From positions 61,615-125,614 of IMG/VR virus record IMGVR_UViG_3300009514_000006: a stretch of DNA of 64,000 bases; one strand, written 5' to 3'. Shown here in pieces: positions 11,301-20,779 of the stretch (position 1 is the stretch's first letter; each line of letters starts with the position of its first letter). This DNA is from a virus. The notes beneath the pieces were generated by a model. The model ran no database searches and had not been told where the DNA came from. It saw nothing but the letters and a program-made list of their open reading frames with translations. A program made the position numbers and the translations under genes.

Positions 11301-12812
11301 ATCACCAACTGCCTGCTCATTTTGTAGAATATTGGCGTTTTCTCCGCTAACTTTAACAACCGTTCCCAGAGGGAACTCAGTATTGTAGTCCCAAACATTA
11401 CTAGTCTTGGTAATAACTTGGGGGCTGCCAGCGTTATACTCAACACCAATATAAGAGACTTCGGCGGGAAGAGTGATGTCATCGGAGGACGGCCAATCAA
11501 AGAAAAGAAGGTCACCTGTACGGCTATTCGTGGTACGGATGAAACCAGTACCAGCAGCCACATCAATCTGTGTCTCTGGGTCGGTCCCGCCAGTAATGGC
11601 ACCGCCACTCGACCAACCGGCAGAGTGGAAAATGTTTTGCATATCCTGAACGGTTCTGTAAGTAGACCCCGAAATATTGTCAGCAAGAACACCATCAGCG
11701 AACTTAACTTCATTAAGAGCACCGACAATAGACGTAGCCGTATACTCAGTATCCAAAACAACAGAACCACTCTGGTTCAAAGTAATAGCCGCAGCGTTAC
11801 CCTGTCCACCAAAGGTGATGTTCCCGGAACCGGCATTTACAACCACTGCCGAAGCGGCCACATTCAAATAATCAGTGGTTCCAGCATTGTCCTGAACAGC
11901 GAACAGAGTAGTACCCAAGGGGGTAGCGTTATCTCGGAATAAAATAGAACCATCAGTAGAAGTCAGAGTGATGATTGCGTCCGAGCCATCTGCATCGTTG
12001 TTATAAACAGTTTGAAGGCTGGGGCTAGCACCGGCCGTAAGAGCAGCGTCAAGAGCAACGAGAGCCTCTTGAACATCGTTGATGCTAGTCGAGATGGAAG
12101 TGAACGGAGTACCGTACACACCAATAGTGCTCGCGCCGGGGGTGGAGGTGACTGACGACAAGCTGACGTTTACGCCACCGTCAACAGGGGTGTTAAATAT
12201 GTTAGTAGTATATGTAGCAGCGCGACCCCAGGTCATGGTCCCCGAAGCAGTTCCACCAACGGTGATATCACCTTCGGCACCGCTAACGGTAGTGCCACCA
12301 TTGATGAGAACATCGCCACCGTCTCCACCACCAGTATTACCGGCACCACCAGTGATAACCAAGTTACCACCATCACCAGTGCCGTTACCGCCACCTGGGT
12401 TGATGGTGAGGTTACCACCAACAGCATCGGTAGTTGTAGAGGTATCGACAGCGATCGTATGATTGACCTCCTTCAAGAAAGGAAGATCGGTAGCAATACG
12501 AGCCGTATAGGTAACCAAGTCAGCGGTATCATCACCAAGGTTGATGTTACCGTTCATAGTAGACGTACCAGTAACAGTCTCAGTACCGTCTACTTGTAGG
12601 TTTCCTTTAACGGTCGTTAAAGTTCCCACTGCACCAATATTGACTGCCGTGGTGGTTGCCGTGGGGCCAATGTTAATAGTAGTAGCTGTAGTTGCGCCAA
12701 TAGTCAGCGTTCCGGTAGCAACATCGATACCGTCACCAACAATTAGCGTATCAGTATTAGCCTGCTGGGTTATTACCCCAGTGTTAATAATTAACGCTCT
12801 TTGTGTAGCCAT
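8304..12812 (-). CDS. Very long fibre protein (1502 aa), C-terminal capsid-cement-like domain
   Basis: Two Gly-rich GG.L.I..G.G.G repeats, HGNLSGLGNDDHTQY motif, GKVLTSDATGVATWE motif; C-terminal AGET.V.G.LV...PVGVA...V..SGEV domain resembling 13139..13597. Confidence 0.75.
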   Translation of the reverse strand: MATQRALIINTGVITQQANTDTLIVGDGIDVATGTLTIGATTATTINIGPTATTTAVNIGAVGTLTTVKGNLQVDGTETVTGTSTMNGNINLGDDTADLVTYTARIATDLPFLKEVNHTIAVDTSTTTDAVGGNLTINPGGGNGTGDGGNLVITGGAGNTGGGDGGDVLINGGTTVSGAEGDITVGGTASGTMTWGRAATYTTNIFNTPVDGGVNVSLSSVTSTPGASTIGVYGTPFTSISTSINDVQEALVALDAALTAGASPSLQTVYNNDADGSDAIITLTSTDGSILFRDNATPLGTTLFAVQDNAGTTDYLNVAASAVVVNAGSGNITFGGQGNAAAITLNQSGSVVLDTEYTATSIVGALNEVKFADGVLADNISGSTYRTVQDMQNIFHSAGWSSGGAITGGTDPETQIDVAAGTGFIRTTNSRTGDLLFFDWPSSDDITLPAEVSYIGVEYNAGSPQVITKTSNVWDYNTEFPLGTVVKVSGENANILQNEQAVGDHAGFMIRRAYETMPFTRDNRSGGLILGETGTRNVTVSAGALWDRLNRFSISAIDTSVSGTFRTYYTADSGSTWTTADVTQWPNTQYNDIATGLVAMTAGFYSNLWFYLDPDGDLYMHYGQAEYPSAAAAEAADAPATIATHQTILTKLIGRIIFQNGASTATQVQSVFTDVFTAASASVHGNLSGLGNDDHTQYMLLAGNSARNAVTGSIYMQSAQGTGSTDLFKVTGVSGAPTSTPSGEGHLVYDETGNSIYLYTGAGWDQTLTQNLTSFTTDGAFALDATGASALSIGGTSSGTLTFGRAAAIAIDVYQQGIVTGSPTGTAVKLSDNSTSNATVGADAIGVDTSALNNISLTDRSVQEALEQLDAAISGGNFTLQDAYTNGPDTGNTAGVHFELNATDGAIVVQDNATPVGDLFRIEKDDGTDILNVTPTEFQLLADQVFAKELAHRIDVADSTTADTAGGALTVAAGGGVGTGAGGALILTGGAATTGTGDGGNVSIQAGTTVGGTVGDINIGTVTSDVITLTSGGLMDVNAGANLDVDVTGTFDMLSSSSMSLDSTGASNVSVTSGNLSLETLTSGDVDINSAGNVLIDGGSISIDGTGASNLSVNGATLTVETITSGDLDFNSAEDVIVDAAGDITLQTSSTDRVVVTNSIPLHVKNGPAQTDGNLRVKGRRTTGNLAGFSLGDGLVFDQAINYNYHKFSDDVSSTEGGYFGPVVGHTSGAYAGQQFGVRAESLVSASNTQAWTGAVGIRGVQSSGGAESGSTGAITGSADFYAANFVNSGSVTLTNQYGFYVGDLTAATNNYGIYVNTPTGTIADAIHVVGGRTYLGGTLELPNTGTPGAGKVLTSDATGVATWENAGFEVTFSTVAGETMVAGALVAMDNDGGSPKAFLADPDEGGEREQPVGVAKAAYSASDPAIIVVSGEVSLDVSLFDSAPTAADVGKRVYVSNTTNGEYTFTPPVASGVRVTRVGILTDGSASPKMLIQIGEGVELA

Positions 12813-12861
12813 TAGTTAGTTCCCCTTAGTCTAATAAGTTAGTATGTTATGCTATCGAAAA

Positions 12862-13158
12862 CTATAGAATTTCCTCGAACCGAAGGGTGTCTGCTCGCAT
12901 ATGACGCAAACAGCGCTCTTCGGTGATGTCGTATCCTATGTCTTCTCCCACTGCAAAGTAGGTCGCGGGCGGGACTGGGGCTAGTTCGTGACACGTCCCA
13001 TCACACCCTCGCATACGAATAAGAACAGTGGGCCCGAAAGAATTACCAGCTCCCAGGCTTCTATTTTCCCCTAAATATTTAAATCTGGCCATGGTACCTA
13101 CCTTTGAAATTAGCCATTTGATTTCCTTCTGTGTAGAGTTAAGGCAACAATCTGACAA
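12862..13158 (-). CDS. Hypothetical virion protein (true start probably MARFKYLG)
   Basis: ORF inside the structural operon. Confidence 0.5.
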   Translation of the reverse strand: MSDCCLNSTQKEIKWLISKVGTMARFKYLGENRSLGAGNSFGPTVLIRMRGCDGTCHELAPVPPATYFAVGEDIGYDITEERCLRHMRADTLRFEEIL

Positions 13159-13597
13159 AATTAAAATCTCTACTCAGCAAAAGTCTTCCACTTTCAATTC
13201 CCACTCCAACAACTTGCAATATAACTATTTCACCAGCATTAGGGAAAGGGGGTATATTAGTAGCCACTCCAGTCTTACTTATCCAATACCTAGAATTAGG
13301 AATAGTAGGAATAACAGTAGTTTCTCCTGTTAGTCCCTGAACAACACACCTAGTAGGAGTAGACTTTTCGATAATAACCCCTACTGAAGGCATAGTATTT
13401 TCATCCGTAATATCAACAGTGGTTACCTGCGGTATCCCCGCAACTTCTAGACCAGTCGTATACACAAAAGAACCAACTATATCCCCGGCTAAACAATCTG
13501 CTTCAAAGTAATAACCCTTGGCAAGATCTCTCTCATCAGTCGCATTAACGGGCTCAGCTCGACGTATTTGAGAGTGTCTAATTAAAGTACGGGGCAC
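13139..13597 (-). CDS. Capsid cement/decoration-like protein (DUF2190-like)
   Basis: CLAGDIVG.FVY...MPSVGVII...CVVQG..GE...RYWIS..G pattern. Confidence 0.5.
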   Translation of the reverse strand: MPRTLIRHSQIRRAEPVNATDERDLAKGYYFEADCLAGDIVGSFVYTTGLEVAGIPQVTTVDITDENTMPSVGVIIEKSTPTRCVVQGLTGETTVIPTIPNSRYWISKTGVATNIPPFPNAGEIVILQVVGVGIESGRLLLSRDFNFVRLLP

Positions 13598-13611
13598 AAC
13601 ATTCCTTCCAT

Positions 13612-13640
13612 AAGATAAAGTGTAACAACAAATTTGTCAA
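13612..13640 (-). promoter_or_regulatory. Sigma70-type promoter TTGACA-N17-TATCTT
   Basis: Counted spacing of 17, AT-rich upstream. Confidence 0.7.
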
Positions 13641-13653
13641 TAAAAATAATAAC

Positions 13654-15093
13654 TTATAGTACTACCATACTAGAACCTCTAAAGGCTCCTTTAAGCTTAA
13701 CCAAGTTCATCTCCACCCATTTACGATAGTCTTCAATGGTAGCAGAATAGATACCAAAAGTGGCCGAGGCCGTGTATGACACAGACTCACTGATCCCGTC
13801 TCGGCTAATACTCTGGGAGGAGAACCCTCCTCGGAAAGCTTGGCCTGCGATGGTAAGAATATCGATAGCAGCTTTCTTGGCTACTAACTCGATTAGGACC
13901 TCAGGTGTCTCTCTGAACCCTACTATGGCATCGTAATTCCAGAAGTTAGGGATGGGGACTGGACCACGAAGAGACTCCACCCAGATCAAACCAATGAAGT
14001 TGAAGGCGATCTCTTGGTTAAATGGAACCAATTCCACAAAACCACCCTTCTCATTCGCCTCAACCCACTCTAGGGCGATATCCACAATTCTAGTGTTAGA
14101 TACCTTACCATATAGTTCGTTGAACCTGATCAACGGGTAATAGGGCATCTTAAAATTGATCCAAGCCCCGGCAGAAGCCCTAAAATAAGTAACTGCGTCC
14201 CTTATCTCATCAAAGTCAGAATTTACGAAAGTAGGAATATCGGTTCCTGAACCGTAGGCTATGCTACCTGCCTCAGTGACCGAATTAAAATCGGTAATAA
14301 TCCTAGTAGGCTCAAGAAAGACAGATAGCTCACTATCCTCAAGCCACGATATCTTCTGATCTATAATAGCTCGCATACGCTCCTCTTCCAAAGGAGCTTT
14401 CTCAACAAGAATCTCTTCTGTTATAGAAGAGGTAGGCAATGAAGCGAAATCAATCTTGATGTCAATATAATCAGAGCTAGAACCTTTTCGTAGTGTGTAC
14501 CTCTTGCGAGTCGGGCTCAACACCACCAGGGGACCAGCGCACCATGAAAGAGCCTGGACTGTGTTACCCCCATCTTCTGAATAGTTGTAAGAAAGAGTTA
14601 TCCAGGACTGGGGGTGGTTGTTCGATACATTTGTTACCTCCACGCCTGTAATATCAACAGGTTGATTATGGACCGCTAGTGTCTCAGAAGCACGCTGAGT
14701 GGTTCCGTGTAGGTAGTCCTTCTTCAACCGAGCAACCGAGATTAGAGATACCCTAAAATCGGAGGATTCAGCATCAATAAGAGGGTTGGTCTGAGAAAAA
14801 CAATTTATGAAATATTTACCCCGACGAACCTTTGGTACCATTTCCTGATCCACTATATCAGGAAGATGAAAATCCATGTCCTGAGCCGTGTTGTCTGCTA
14901 CGAGGGTCATGGTTTTGGTAGCCACAACAATGTCACGATTTCGTCGGGCCTTCCTCAGTTCTACTGTGATCAATTCTCCTACAGTGCTAGTACCCGTGGG
15001 ACTAATAGTGACAATAACTGTATCTCTTTCGGTCTCAAACCGAGAATACTCCTCAAGATCAACAGTTACTGATAATGATGTAGGTGCTGCCAT
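13654..15093 (-). CDS. Head-tail connector/neck protein with N-terminal extension
   Basis: C-terminal GFSSQSISRDGISESVSYTASATFGIYSATIEDY resembles Twort/K-like neck proteins; position downstream of MCP. Confidence 0.65.
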   Translation of the reverse strand: MAAPTSLSVTVDLEEYSRFETERDTVIVTISPTGTSTVGELITVELRKARRNRDIVVATKTMTLVADNTAQDMDFHLPDIVDQEMVPKVRRGKYFINCFSQTNPLIDAESSDFRVSLISVARLKKDYLHGTTQRASETLAVHNQPVDITGVEVTNVSNNHPQSWITLSYNYSEDGGNTVQALSWCAGPLVVLSPTRKRYTLRKGSSSDYIDIKIDFASLPTSSITEEILVEKAPLEEERMRAIIDQKISWLEDSELSVFLEPTRIITDFNSVTEAGSIAYGSGTDIPTFVNSDFDEIRDAVTYFRASAGAWINFKMPYYPLIRFNELYGKVSNTRIVDIALEWVEANEKGGFVELVPFNQEIAFNFIGLIWVESLRGPVPIPNFWNYDAIVGFRETPEVLIELVAKKAAIDILTIAGQAFRGGFSSQSISRDGISESVSYTASATFGIYSATIEDYRKWVEMNLVKLKGAFRGSSMVVL

Positions 15094-15692
15094 TATGGTA
15101 TATCTTGAAAGAGGTTAGCGGTTGTTACATTAGGAACAACAAGCTTACGCTTATAGTTAACAGCAGATATAGTTATCTCTACTTGAGCTAGTCGAATCAG
15201 ACTAATAAAAAACTCACCAGCAGCATCAGTGGTCACAGATATGCGTCCCCCTGTTAGAACATAATTATTCTGTATGCTAGGAGCGCCTAGAATTCGGGCG
15301 GAGACAGACACCCCCGAAACAGGAGAACCAGCGGGATTCAGAACATGACCACTGATCACACAAGTATTTACAGAGATAGGGGTTGGGGTTGCTCCCGCTG
15401 CTACTACTGTAGAAATGGACACAAATTGAGATACAGAGGCTCCTGTGACCTTAAACAAAAAGGAGCCAAGAGTATCCAACTCGGCTGCTGTGAAGGCGAT
15501 GGTGTAGATACCAGATCCCAACTCTACAAAATCAGGAGCCGTAAGGGCTTTATTAGTAAAAGATCCAGCCCCTTCTTTCCGGTACTGTACTGTCACATCA
15601 CTATAAACGAGGCCCGTAACAGGGAGCCCTGAGGAGTCGGTTAGTATCGCAATAAGGTCCGCAGCAATACTTTGGGTTACTACATGGGACAT
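15093..15692 (-). CDS. Ig-like/carboxypeptidase-regulatory-like beta-sandwich virion protein
   Basis: ISGHVLNPAGSPVSGVSVSA...TTDAAGEF motif. Confidence 0.55.
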   Translation of the reverse strand: MSHVVTQSIAADLIAILTDSSGLPVTGLVYSDVTVQYRKEGAGSFTNKALTAPDFVELGSGIYTIAFTAAELDTLGSFLFKVTGASVSQFVSISTVVAAGATPTPISVNTCVISGHVLNPAGSPVSGVSVSARILGAPSIQNNYVLTGGRISVTTDAAGEFFISLIRLAQVEITISAVNYKRKLVVPNVTTANLFQDIP

Positions 15693-16030
15693 TACTTCCT
15701 ATCCTCTCTGATAGCTCTGGCTAGTTCCTTATTGTTACCAGCCATTTCTCTAAGAATAATATTTTGGGTCTGTATGGCATCAGTTAGCTTAGCCACAGAT
15801 TCTTCAAGAGATCTACGGACATACCACACCTTAACGCCATCATTATCCTCGTGATCGTGCCAATCATGTAACTCGGCTATCTGCCGAGCCATGATTTCCG
15901 TTCGTGCGTCAGAATAATAATTGGTAGTGCCAGAGTCTCCCTTTTTCTTAGCCAGAAAAGTAAGAACTTCCCTAACAAGAAGAAGGGCTAGGATACCGCC
16001 TGTTCCCAGCTGTAAAATCGAGTCAACCAT
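15692..16030 (-). CDS. Single-TM coiled-coil protein (holin-like)
   Basis: N-terminal LGTGGILALLLVREV then coiled coil. Confidence 0.45.
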   Translation of the reverse strand: MVDSILQLGTGGILALLLVREVLTFLAKKKGDSGTTNYYSDARTEIMARQIAELHDWHDHEDNDGVKVWYVRRSLEESVAKLTDAIQTQNIILREMAGNNKELARAIREDRK

Positions 16031-16111
16031 TGATGCCTCCCTATAGCTATTAGGTATGTAGGGAACAATTATACCTATGAAACAAACAATACAACTTAAC
16101 AGAGAGACATT

Positions 16112-16384
16112 CTAACCCTCACCAATTAGAGCTGACCAGTTTACAGTTCCGGTATTAGACCGCACGTAGAAGAAGTGAAACTGGGCATCCACATCAAGCG
16201 GTGGGTGCCCAGGCAAGATGGAGTAATAATTTCCTCCACCATTAAAACTTACTTCTAGGTTATTGGTACCGTCAAGATTAGCGATACGAATGTACTGACC
16301 AAGACCTCTGTTTACAGAGACCTTGGTAGGAGTAGTAGTGGCTGCGCCATTAACATGACGCATTTTCATAGGACGAGCAGGCAT
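16112..16384 (-). CDS. Small beta-rich virion protein
   Basis: 90 aa, IRIANLDGTNNLEVSFNG; strong SD. Confidence 0.55.
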   Translation of the reverse strand: MPARPMKMRHVNGAATTTPTKVSVNRGLGQYIRIANLDGTNNLEVSFNGGGNYYSILPGHPPLDVDAQFHFFYVRSNTGTVNWSALIGEG

Positions 16385-16423
16385 AACGCCTCCTTGGGGT
16401 AGCTATACTACCCGGTAAAGTCA

Positions 16424-16693
16424 CTACGGAATACTAGGGGCCGCTGCAAGCTCCAGGGTAGCAACCAATTTCCGGAGACCAGTAAGGTCCACGGCAGCAA
16501 CCGCATTAAGAGCTGTTTTAATCTCGTTGATAAGATCTTGTTCAGCAGAGGTGTAAGTACCCCCAGCATCAGCGTTAGCAATAGTAGCCACCTTAAGGCC
16601 CTCTACAGCATCAACCAGATTATTCACCTGGAGACGGACTTGCTTAAGTTCCTCGCTGCCAAGATCCGCAATAATTTTCTTAGTAGTAGCCAT
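16424..16693 (-). CDS. Hypothetical virion protein
   Basis: 89 aa helical, in head operon. Confidence 0.55.
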   Translation of the reverse strand: MATTKKIIADLGSEELKQVRLQVNNLVDAVEGLKVATIANADAGGTYTSAEQDLINEIKTALNAVAAVDLTGLRKLVATLELAAAPSIP

Positions 16694-16724
16694 GATTTAT
16701 TCCTATCTCGTAAAAAGAGTATTG

Positions 16725-17213
16725 TTAGTTTTTTGTCGCTGCTTTTGCTTCTGCTTTTGCTTCTGCTTTTGCTTCTGCTTTTGCTTCTTCTTTTGCAACA
16801 ACTCTTTCGTCGCGTTTAGACTTTCGTCCTGTGGGGACGGGCTTGGGCTCTTCGGACTTAGTCCTTGATGGCTCACTCTTAGGCGTAGTTTCGACAATAT
16901 TGGGTTTCTTCTCCTCTTTGACTGCAACCTCTTTTACTTCCTCTTTAACAGGAGTTAAATCAGTTACACCATTCTTCTTTACCAATAAAGCAAAGTCATT
17001 AGGAGAATAACCGATAGCCTTAACCTCACAAATACCTTTATTGTTAAACTTAAAAACACTGTTACCAACAGTAATAGTGCGACCGGCTAATCGCTTACAC
17101 TCTGCCTTCAGAGTGGGAAAATTTTCACTATTATCCATTCTATTTCCTTTCAAGTCATTCTCCGCCATTCCAGAGAACACCTGCAAAACTGACTTGGGCT
17201 CCTTTTCAATCAT
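16725..17213 (-). CDS. Hypothetical protein with charged tail ending in (AKAE)n
   Basis: 12-bp repeat gcttttgcttct near 16740-16790; true start probably downstream of 17213. Confidence 0.55.
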   Translation of the reverse strand: MIEKEPKSVLQVFSGMAENDLKGNRMDNSENFPTLKAECKRLAGRTITVGNSVFKFNNKGICEVKAIGYSPNDFALLVKKNGVTDLTPVKEEVKEVAVKEEKKPNIVETTPKSEPSRTKSEEPKPVPTGRKSKRDERVVAKEEAKAEAKAEAKAEAKAATKN

Positions 17214-17278
17214 AACTTACCAGAGTATACAGATTTTTAGCACATTATACAAGAACAATTAAACCGCATACGAGAAGC

Positions 17279-17324
17279 AAAAAACCCCCGGACTTGACTA
17301 GTCCAAACAAGACAAGCCCGGGGG
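17279..17324 (-). terminator. Rho-independent terminator after MCP
   Basis: CCCCCGGGCTTG...CAAGTCCGGGGG followed by T6 on minus strand. Confidence 0.85.
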
Positions 17325-17362
17325 TGTTAGTGCAACTAAACTAAGTAACAAGCGCTTAGCTA

Positions 17363-18784
17363 TTAGCTAAGACGACCGATATTAACAAAACGGAGCCACT
17401 TCTTGTCGGCGAAAAGAATGGGCGTACCATACAGCAAGATCATCCAGCGGTATGCCGGAGCCAGAATGGCCAGATCCATACGCAACATAGGAAGAAGCTG
17501 TCGGAACGTAAGAACGCTCGGAGTCATTTCTCCCATGTAGGCGATGTCCGTGAACGGCAGCAAGAAGTTAACATCATCAGGAGTAGTCGTGCTACTAGGC
17601 GTGGCGTTAGCAGCAGGAACCTGAAGGATGAGGCTGTAATCAGCCGGGGTGGTGGAGGCCGCACCACTAGTGGCTTGCGGACGGGTACGGTAGACACGGA
17701 AATACTCAGCCTGAGTACCCGAAGCGGCATGGGTGATCGTAAGATCAACATGGTTGGTAATCGTAGCAACGGCTTGCTTGTTCGTGATGAATCGAGGAGC
17801 CGACTCACCAAAACGGTTGGCAGCAGTAACAGCATAGCCGTAATAATTGGTACCGGCCGGTACGCCCTTACCAAAGTCACCATCCGTACCAGACACACCC
17901 GACGCAATGGACGTAGGCTGCGCCGGCGCCGATCCAGACGTAGCAACGGCAGGGGGCGACGGAAGTTGCTTAAGGAAGACGTTCGGGTTAAGCTCCATCA
18001 CACCCGCTTGGGTCATAACCGAGTTAACCGACATTCCGACCATTCCGTTTTGCGGGGCCGGAAGGCTGATCCGCTCACGGGGATAGAAGGTCTTCACCAG
18101 GTCACTAGCAACCCGGGTACCCAACCAAAGGTCCGTAGGATAGGCAAATTGCTCGACAAGAAGGTTTGCACCCTCTTCGATGTCGGCTTCTTGCATCGGC
18201 TGACCTTCAAGGTCAATGAACGAGGTGGCGTCAATAAGACTGTCAAGACCGTCCCATTGCTCCGCTTCGCCATCTACGGCCAAGGACGAGTCGCCCTTGA
18301 ACAAACTGTTTTCCATCTTCTCAAGCAGCCAGAGGATACCGTTCTGGTTTTCCAGAGCGATAACATCACCATGAGCAGGATGGACCACAGTCATCGGGTG
18401 CGTCACTTCACGGGTGACACCGATGTACTTAACAAGCGAGGTACGACGAGCGTACGTCGAGTCTTGCGTGGGGGGTAGTTCGCCTTCACGAACAAACCCG
18501 CCGGAGCTGCTACCATAGTCCACCAACTGGTTGTACTCCTCAACCGTGCTATAAGCAGGGCTCTTAGGAATCTTCTTCCAGAATTTGATGTGGTGAGCTG
18601 TGTGGGTGACGACCTTCAATGAGCCTTCAAGAGACTCAACCCGAAGGGCCGAACCACCCGTTTGACCAGTCAATTGATAACCAGCTTCAAGAGCTTTCTG
18701 CAGATCCTGCAGGTTAGCGGACGAATCTACTCCGAAACCGCTAACGGGCTGCTGGCTGTAATTATTGAGACTAACACCAGACAT
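17363..18784 (-). CDS. Major capsid protein, SPO1/Twort/A511 (Herelleviridae)-type
   Basis: LQKALEAGY..GSALRVESLE...AYSTVEEY...FKGDSSL...WDGL...GEMTPSVLTFRQLLPMLRMDLA...YGTPILFADKKW matches the remembered phage K/A511 Cps layout end to end. Confidence 0.92.
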   Translation of the reverse strand: MSGVSLNNYSQQPVSGFGVDSSANLQDLQKALEAGYQLTGQTGGSALRVESLEGSLKVVTHTAHHIKFWKKIPKSPAYSTVEEYNQLVDYGSSSGGFVREGELPPTQDSTYARRTSLVKYIGVTREVTHPMTVVHPAHGDVIALENQNGILWLLEKMENSLFKGDSSLAVDGEAEQWDGLDSLIDATSFIDLEGQPMQEADIEEGANLLVEQFAYPTDLWLGTRVASDLVKTFYPRERISLPAPQNGMVGMSVNSVMTQAGVMELNPNVFLKQLPSPPAVATSGSAPAQPTSIASGVSGTDGDFGKGVPAGTNYYGYAVTAANRFGESAPRFITNKQAVATITNHVDLTITHAASGTQAEYFRVYRTRPQATSGAASTTPADYSLILQVPAANATPSSTTTPDDVNFLLPFTDIAYMGEMTPSVLTFRQLLPMLRMDLAILAPAYRWMILLYGTPILFADKKWLRFVNIGRLS

Positions 18785-18806
18785 AGGTTATTATTCCTTT
18801 CCCGAA

Positions 18807-19835
18807 TTAGCGGTTGTTGCCGCTTGCGAAGTTAAGAACCTTCTGTTGCACTTCAGGCAGCAGTTGGCCACTGGTTTCATACTTGATAACATCAAGACTT
18901 CCAAGCTGTCCCTTATGGACCATGTCAGTCATAATGTCGGTGATCTGAGCCTTGGTCAGGTCCATGTCCAAGCCGCCCGGGCCGCTGAAGTTTTTCTTCA
19001 GGACCTGAACATCTTGGCCGCCCTGCACCGAACGAAGCTGCGACTTGGGAGCACCAACGGGCTCTTGCGCCTTAGCAATCGCGAGGTCAGTGGTACCCGA
19101 GACATGCTCGCCAATACCCACAACAGCCTCAACAAGAGCCTTATTAAGCTCCTCGTTCTGGCTGTGGGCCTTAGCAAGGTTACCCTCAAGGGTATTCACT
19201 CGATGCTCAAGAGTGGCAACAACATTGGCCAGACTTTTGCCAATTCGAGCTTCGACGCCGCTAATAGCTTCGCCGAAAGCGCGAGTAAACTCAGCAAGGA
19301 AAGGAGAAATCTCAAGACCCTTCTGGAGTTCAGGAGAGTTAAAGGACTTCTTAGCGTCGCCCTCAACCTCGTCGTCCTTACCGCCAGCGTGGCTGTCCAC
19401 CACACTACCAGCATCGTCATCCTCACCAGGAGTCCCAGCAGGACCCGGTTTGGCTTTGCCCTTGGCAATACCTTGGAAGCTGTTCGCGACAGCCCAATTC
19501 TCTGCCTTGGTCAACGACTCACCCTTAGCGAGTTTGCTACCGATCAACGGAAGCGGATTGGCTCCCTTGGCGATTGCTACTTCCGCAGGAGACAAGGCTT
19601 GGCTCTTAGCCACCTTATCCGCCAAGCTAGCGCGAACGCTCTTGTAGCTCATGCCATTATAGTCAGTACCGTTATCATCGATACCGTTGTCCCACTCATT
19701 CTGGTCCGTCTCAGACGAACCCCAGCCTGCTTCGCCTACTGACGAATCGCTGGGAGTGTGGTACAACTGCCCCTTTGCCATCGTTTCTAGGCGCTCCAGG
19801 CTTTTCTGGAATTCGCCCTTGTTAATATTCGCCAT
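18807..19835 (-). CDS. Capsid scaffold protein
   Basis: Between protease and MCP, coiled coil, at least 15 h-x-K-[S/A/G] motifs by manual count. Confidence 0.75.
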   Translation of the reverse strand: MANINKGEFQKSLERLETMAKGQLYHTPSDSSVGEAGWGSSETDQNEWDNGIDDNGTDYNGMSYKSVRASLADKVAKSQALSPAEVAIAKGANPLPLIGSKLAKGESLTKAENWAVANSFQGIAKGKAKPGPAGTPGEDDDAGSVVDSHAGGKDDEVEGDAKKSFNSPELQKGLEISPFLAEFTRAFGEAISGVEARIGKSLANVVATLEHRVNTLEGNLAKAHSQNEELNKALVEAVVGIGEHVSGTTDLAIAKAQEPVGAPKSQLRSVQGGQDVQVLKKNFSGPGGLDMDLTKAQITDIMTDMVHKGQLGSLDVIKYETSGQLLPEVQQKVLNFASGNNR

Positions 19836-19851
19836 TAGGCACTCCTCTCAG

Positions 19852-20682
19852 TCATTTGTTTAGTTTTCTTTCTGTGAAAATTGCATCAACAACAAGCGAA
19901 GCCGTGGATCGACCCCACCCTTTGTCCAATTGTAGAGCCTTAATACACTCCTCCCGAGACAGCATTGCCTCTTGAGGAATATCATCAAGACTTTTAAAGG
20001 TAGTTACCTTAGCTCTTCCTTCCAAGGATTGAGGAACTAAAGACCTACCCATACCCCCAACAGAAAGAGCTTTCTCATGCTCTTCTCTCTCTTGTTTGGG
20101 TGTTTCCTTCTCTTCATGCTCGTGCATGTCGTCTTCACTGCCGCACTCACATGAAATAACTGCTTTATCCATAGAATCACACCATTCTTCAGCACAGAGA
20201 GATTTAACTATCTGTGTCCAGGTGCTGGTGTTAACCGGGGCTGCGGTAATAGCTACATCCTTGATCCAACACTTAAGGATGCTTTTTCCAGCTCGTCGCT
20301 TGACTTTCCCCTCAATGGAGAAACCAACTCGTCGTTTAGAGTCAGACTGATCGAGCGACTGTAGGTGCTCCCACCACTTATCGGAGATTTCCTTGCCTTT
20401 ATACAAAAACCCTTTAATCCAGAAGCCATCCTTGGTTATCTTAGCTTCTGTAGGTTCTCCGACTTTATTCTCTGGACCCTCTTTATGATCGTTATTGATA
20501 TAGCCATTTTTCAAGAAGTATTCAAAATCAATACCATCTTGAACAACCCGCTCCCCTTGTAGATCTAGGTCGGCAGTAGACGCAATACCTTCAATCCAGC
20601 GAGTGCCATCACCCGTTTTGTTGGCTTTGACAACAGTTGCTGGAAGGAAAAACTGGAAAGTGTCTTTATTAGGCTTACTCAT
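19852..20682 (-). CDS. Prohead maturation protease (HK97/assemblin fold)
   Basis: IEGIAST.DLDLQGE...INNDH...IG.P...GFSIEG...VAITAAPVN. Confidence 0.9.
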   Translation of the reverse strand: MSKPNKDTFQFFLPATVVKANKTGDGTRWIEGIASTADLDLQGERVVQDGIDFEYFLKNGYINNDHKEGPENKVGEPTEAKITKDGFWIKGFLYKGKEISDKWWEHLQSLDQSDSKRRVGFSIEGKVKRRAGKSILKCWIKDVAITAAPVNTSTWTQIVKSLCAEEWCDSMDKAVISCECGSEDDMHEHEEKETPKQEREEHEKALSVGGMGRSLVPQSLEGRAKVTTFKSLDDIPQEAMLSREECIKALQLDKGWGRSTASLVVDAIFTERKLNK

Positions 20683-20686
20683 GACG

Positions 20687-20720
20687 AAAAAAGGGAGAGA
20701 CCGCCGAGGCAGCTCTCCCT
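20687..20720 (-). terminator. Terminator-like hairpin ending 4 nt before the protease ATG
   Basis: gggagag/ctctccc stem then T6, CGTC, ATG on minus strand. Confidence 0.6.
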
Positions 20721-20779
20721 ATATGGAGTCCTTTAGTATGTGCTAGCTCGATAACTTTACTATGATAGTTTATGTAATG

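Noticed and set aside
17675-19742. Long plus-strand ORFs (267 aa and 325 aa) opposite MCP and scaffold
   Set aside because: Shadow ORFs expected from codon bias of the real genes; no SD or recognisable motifs
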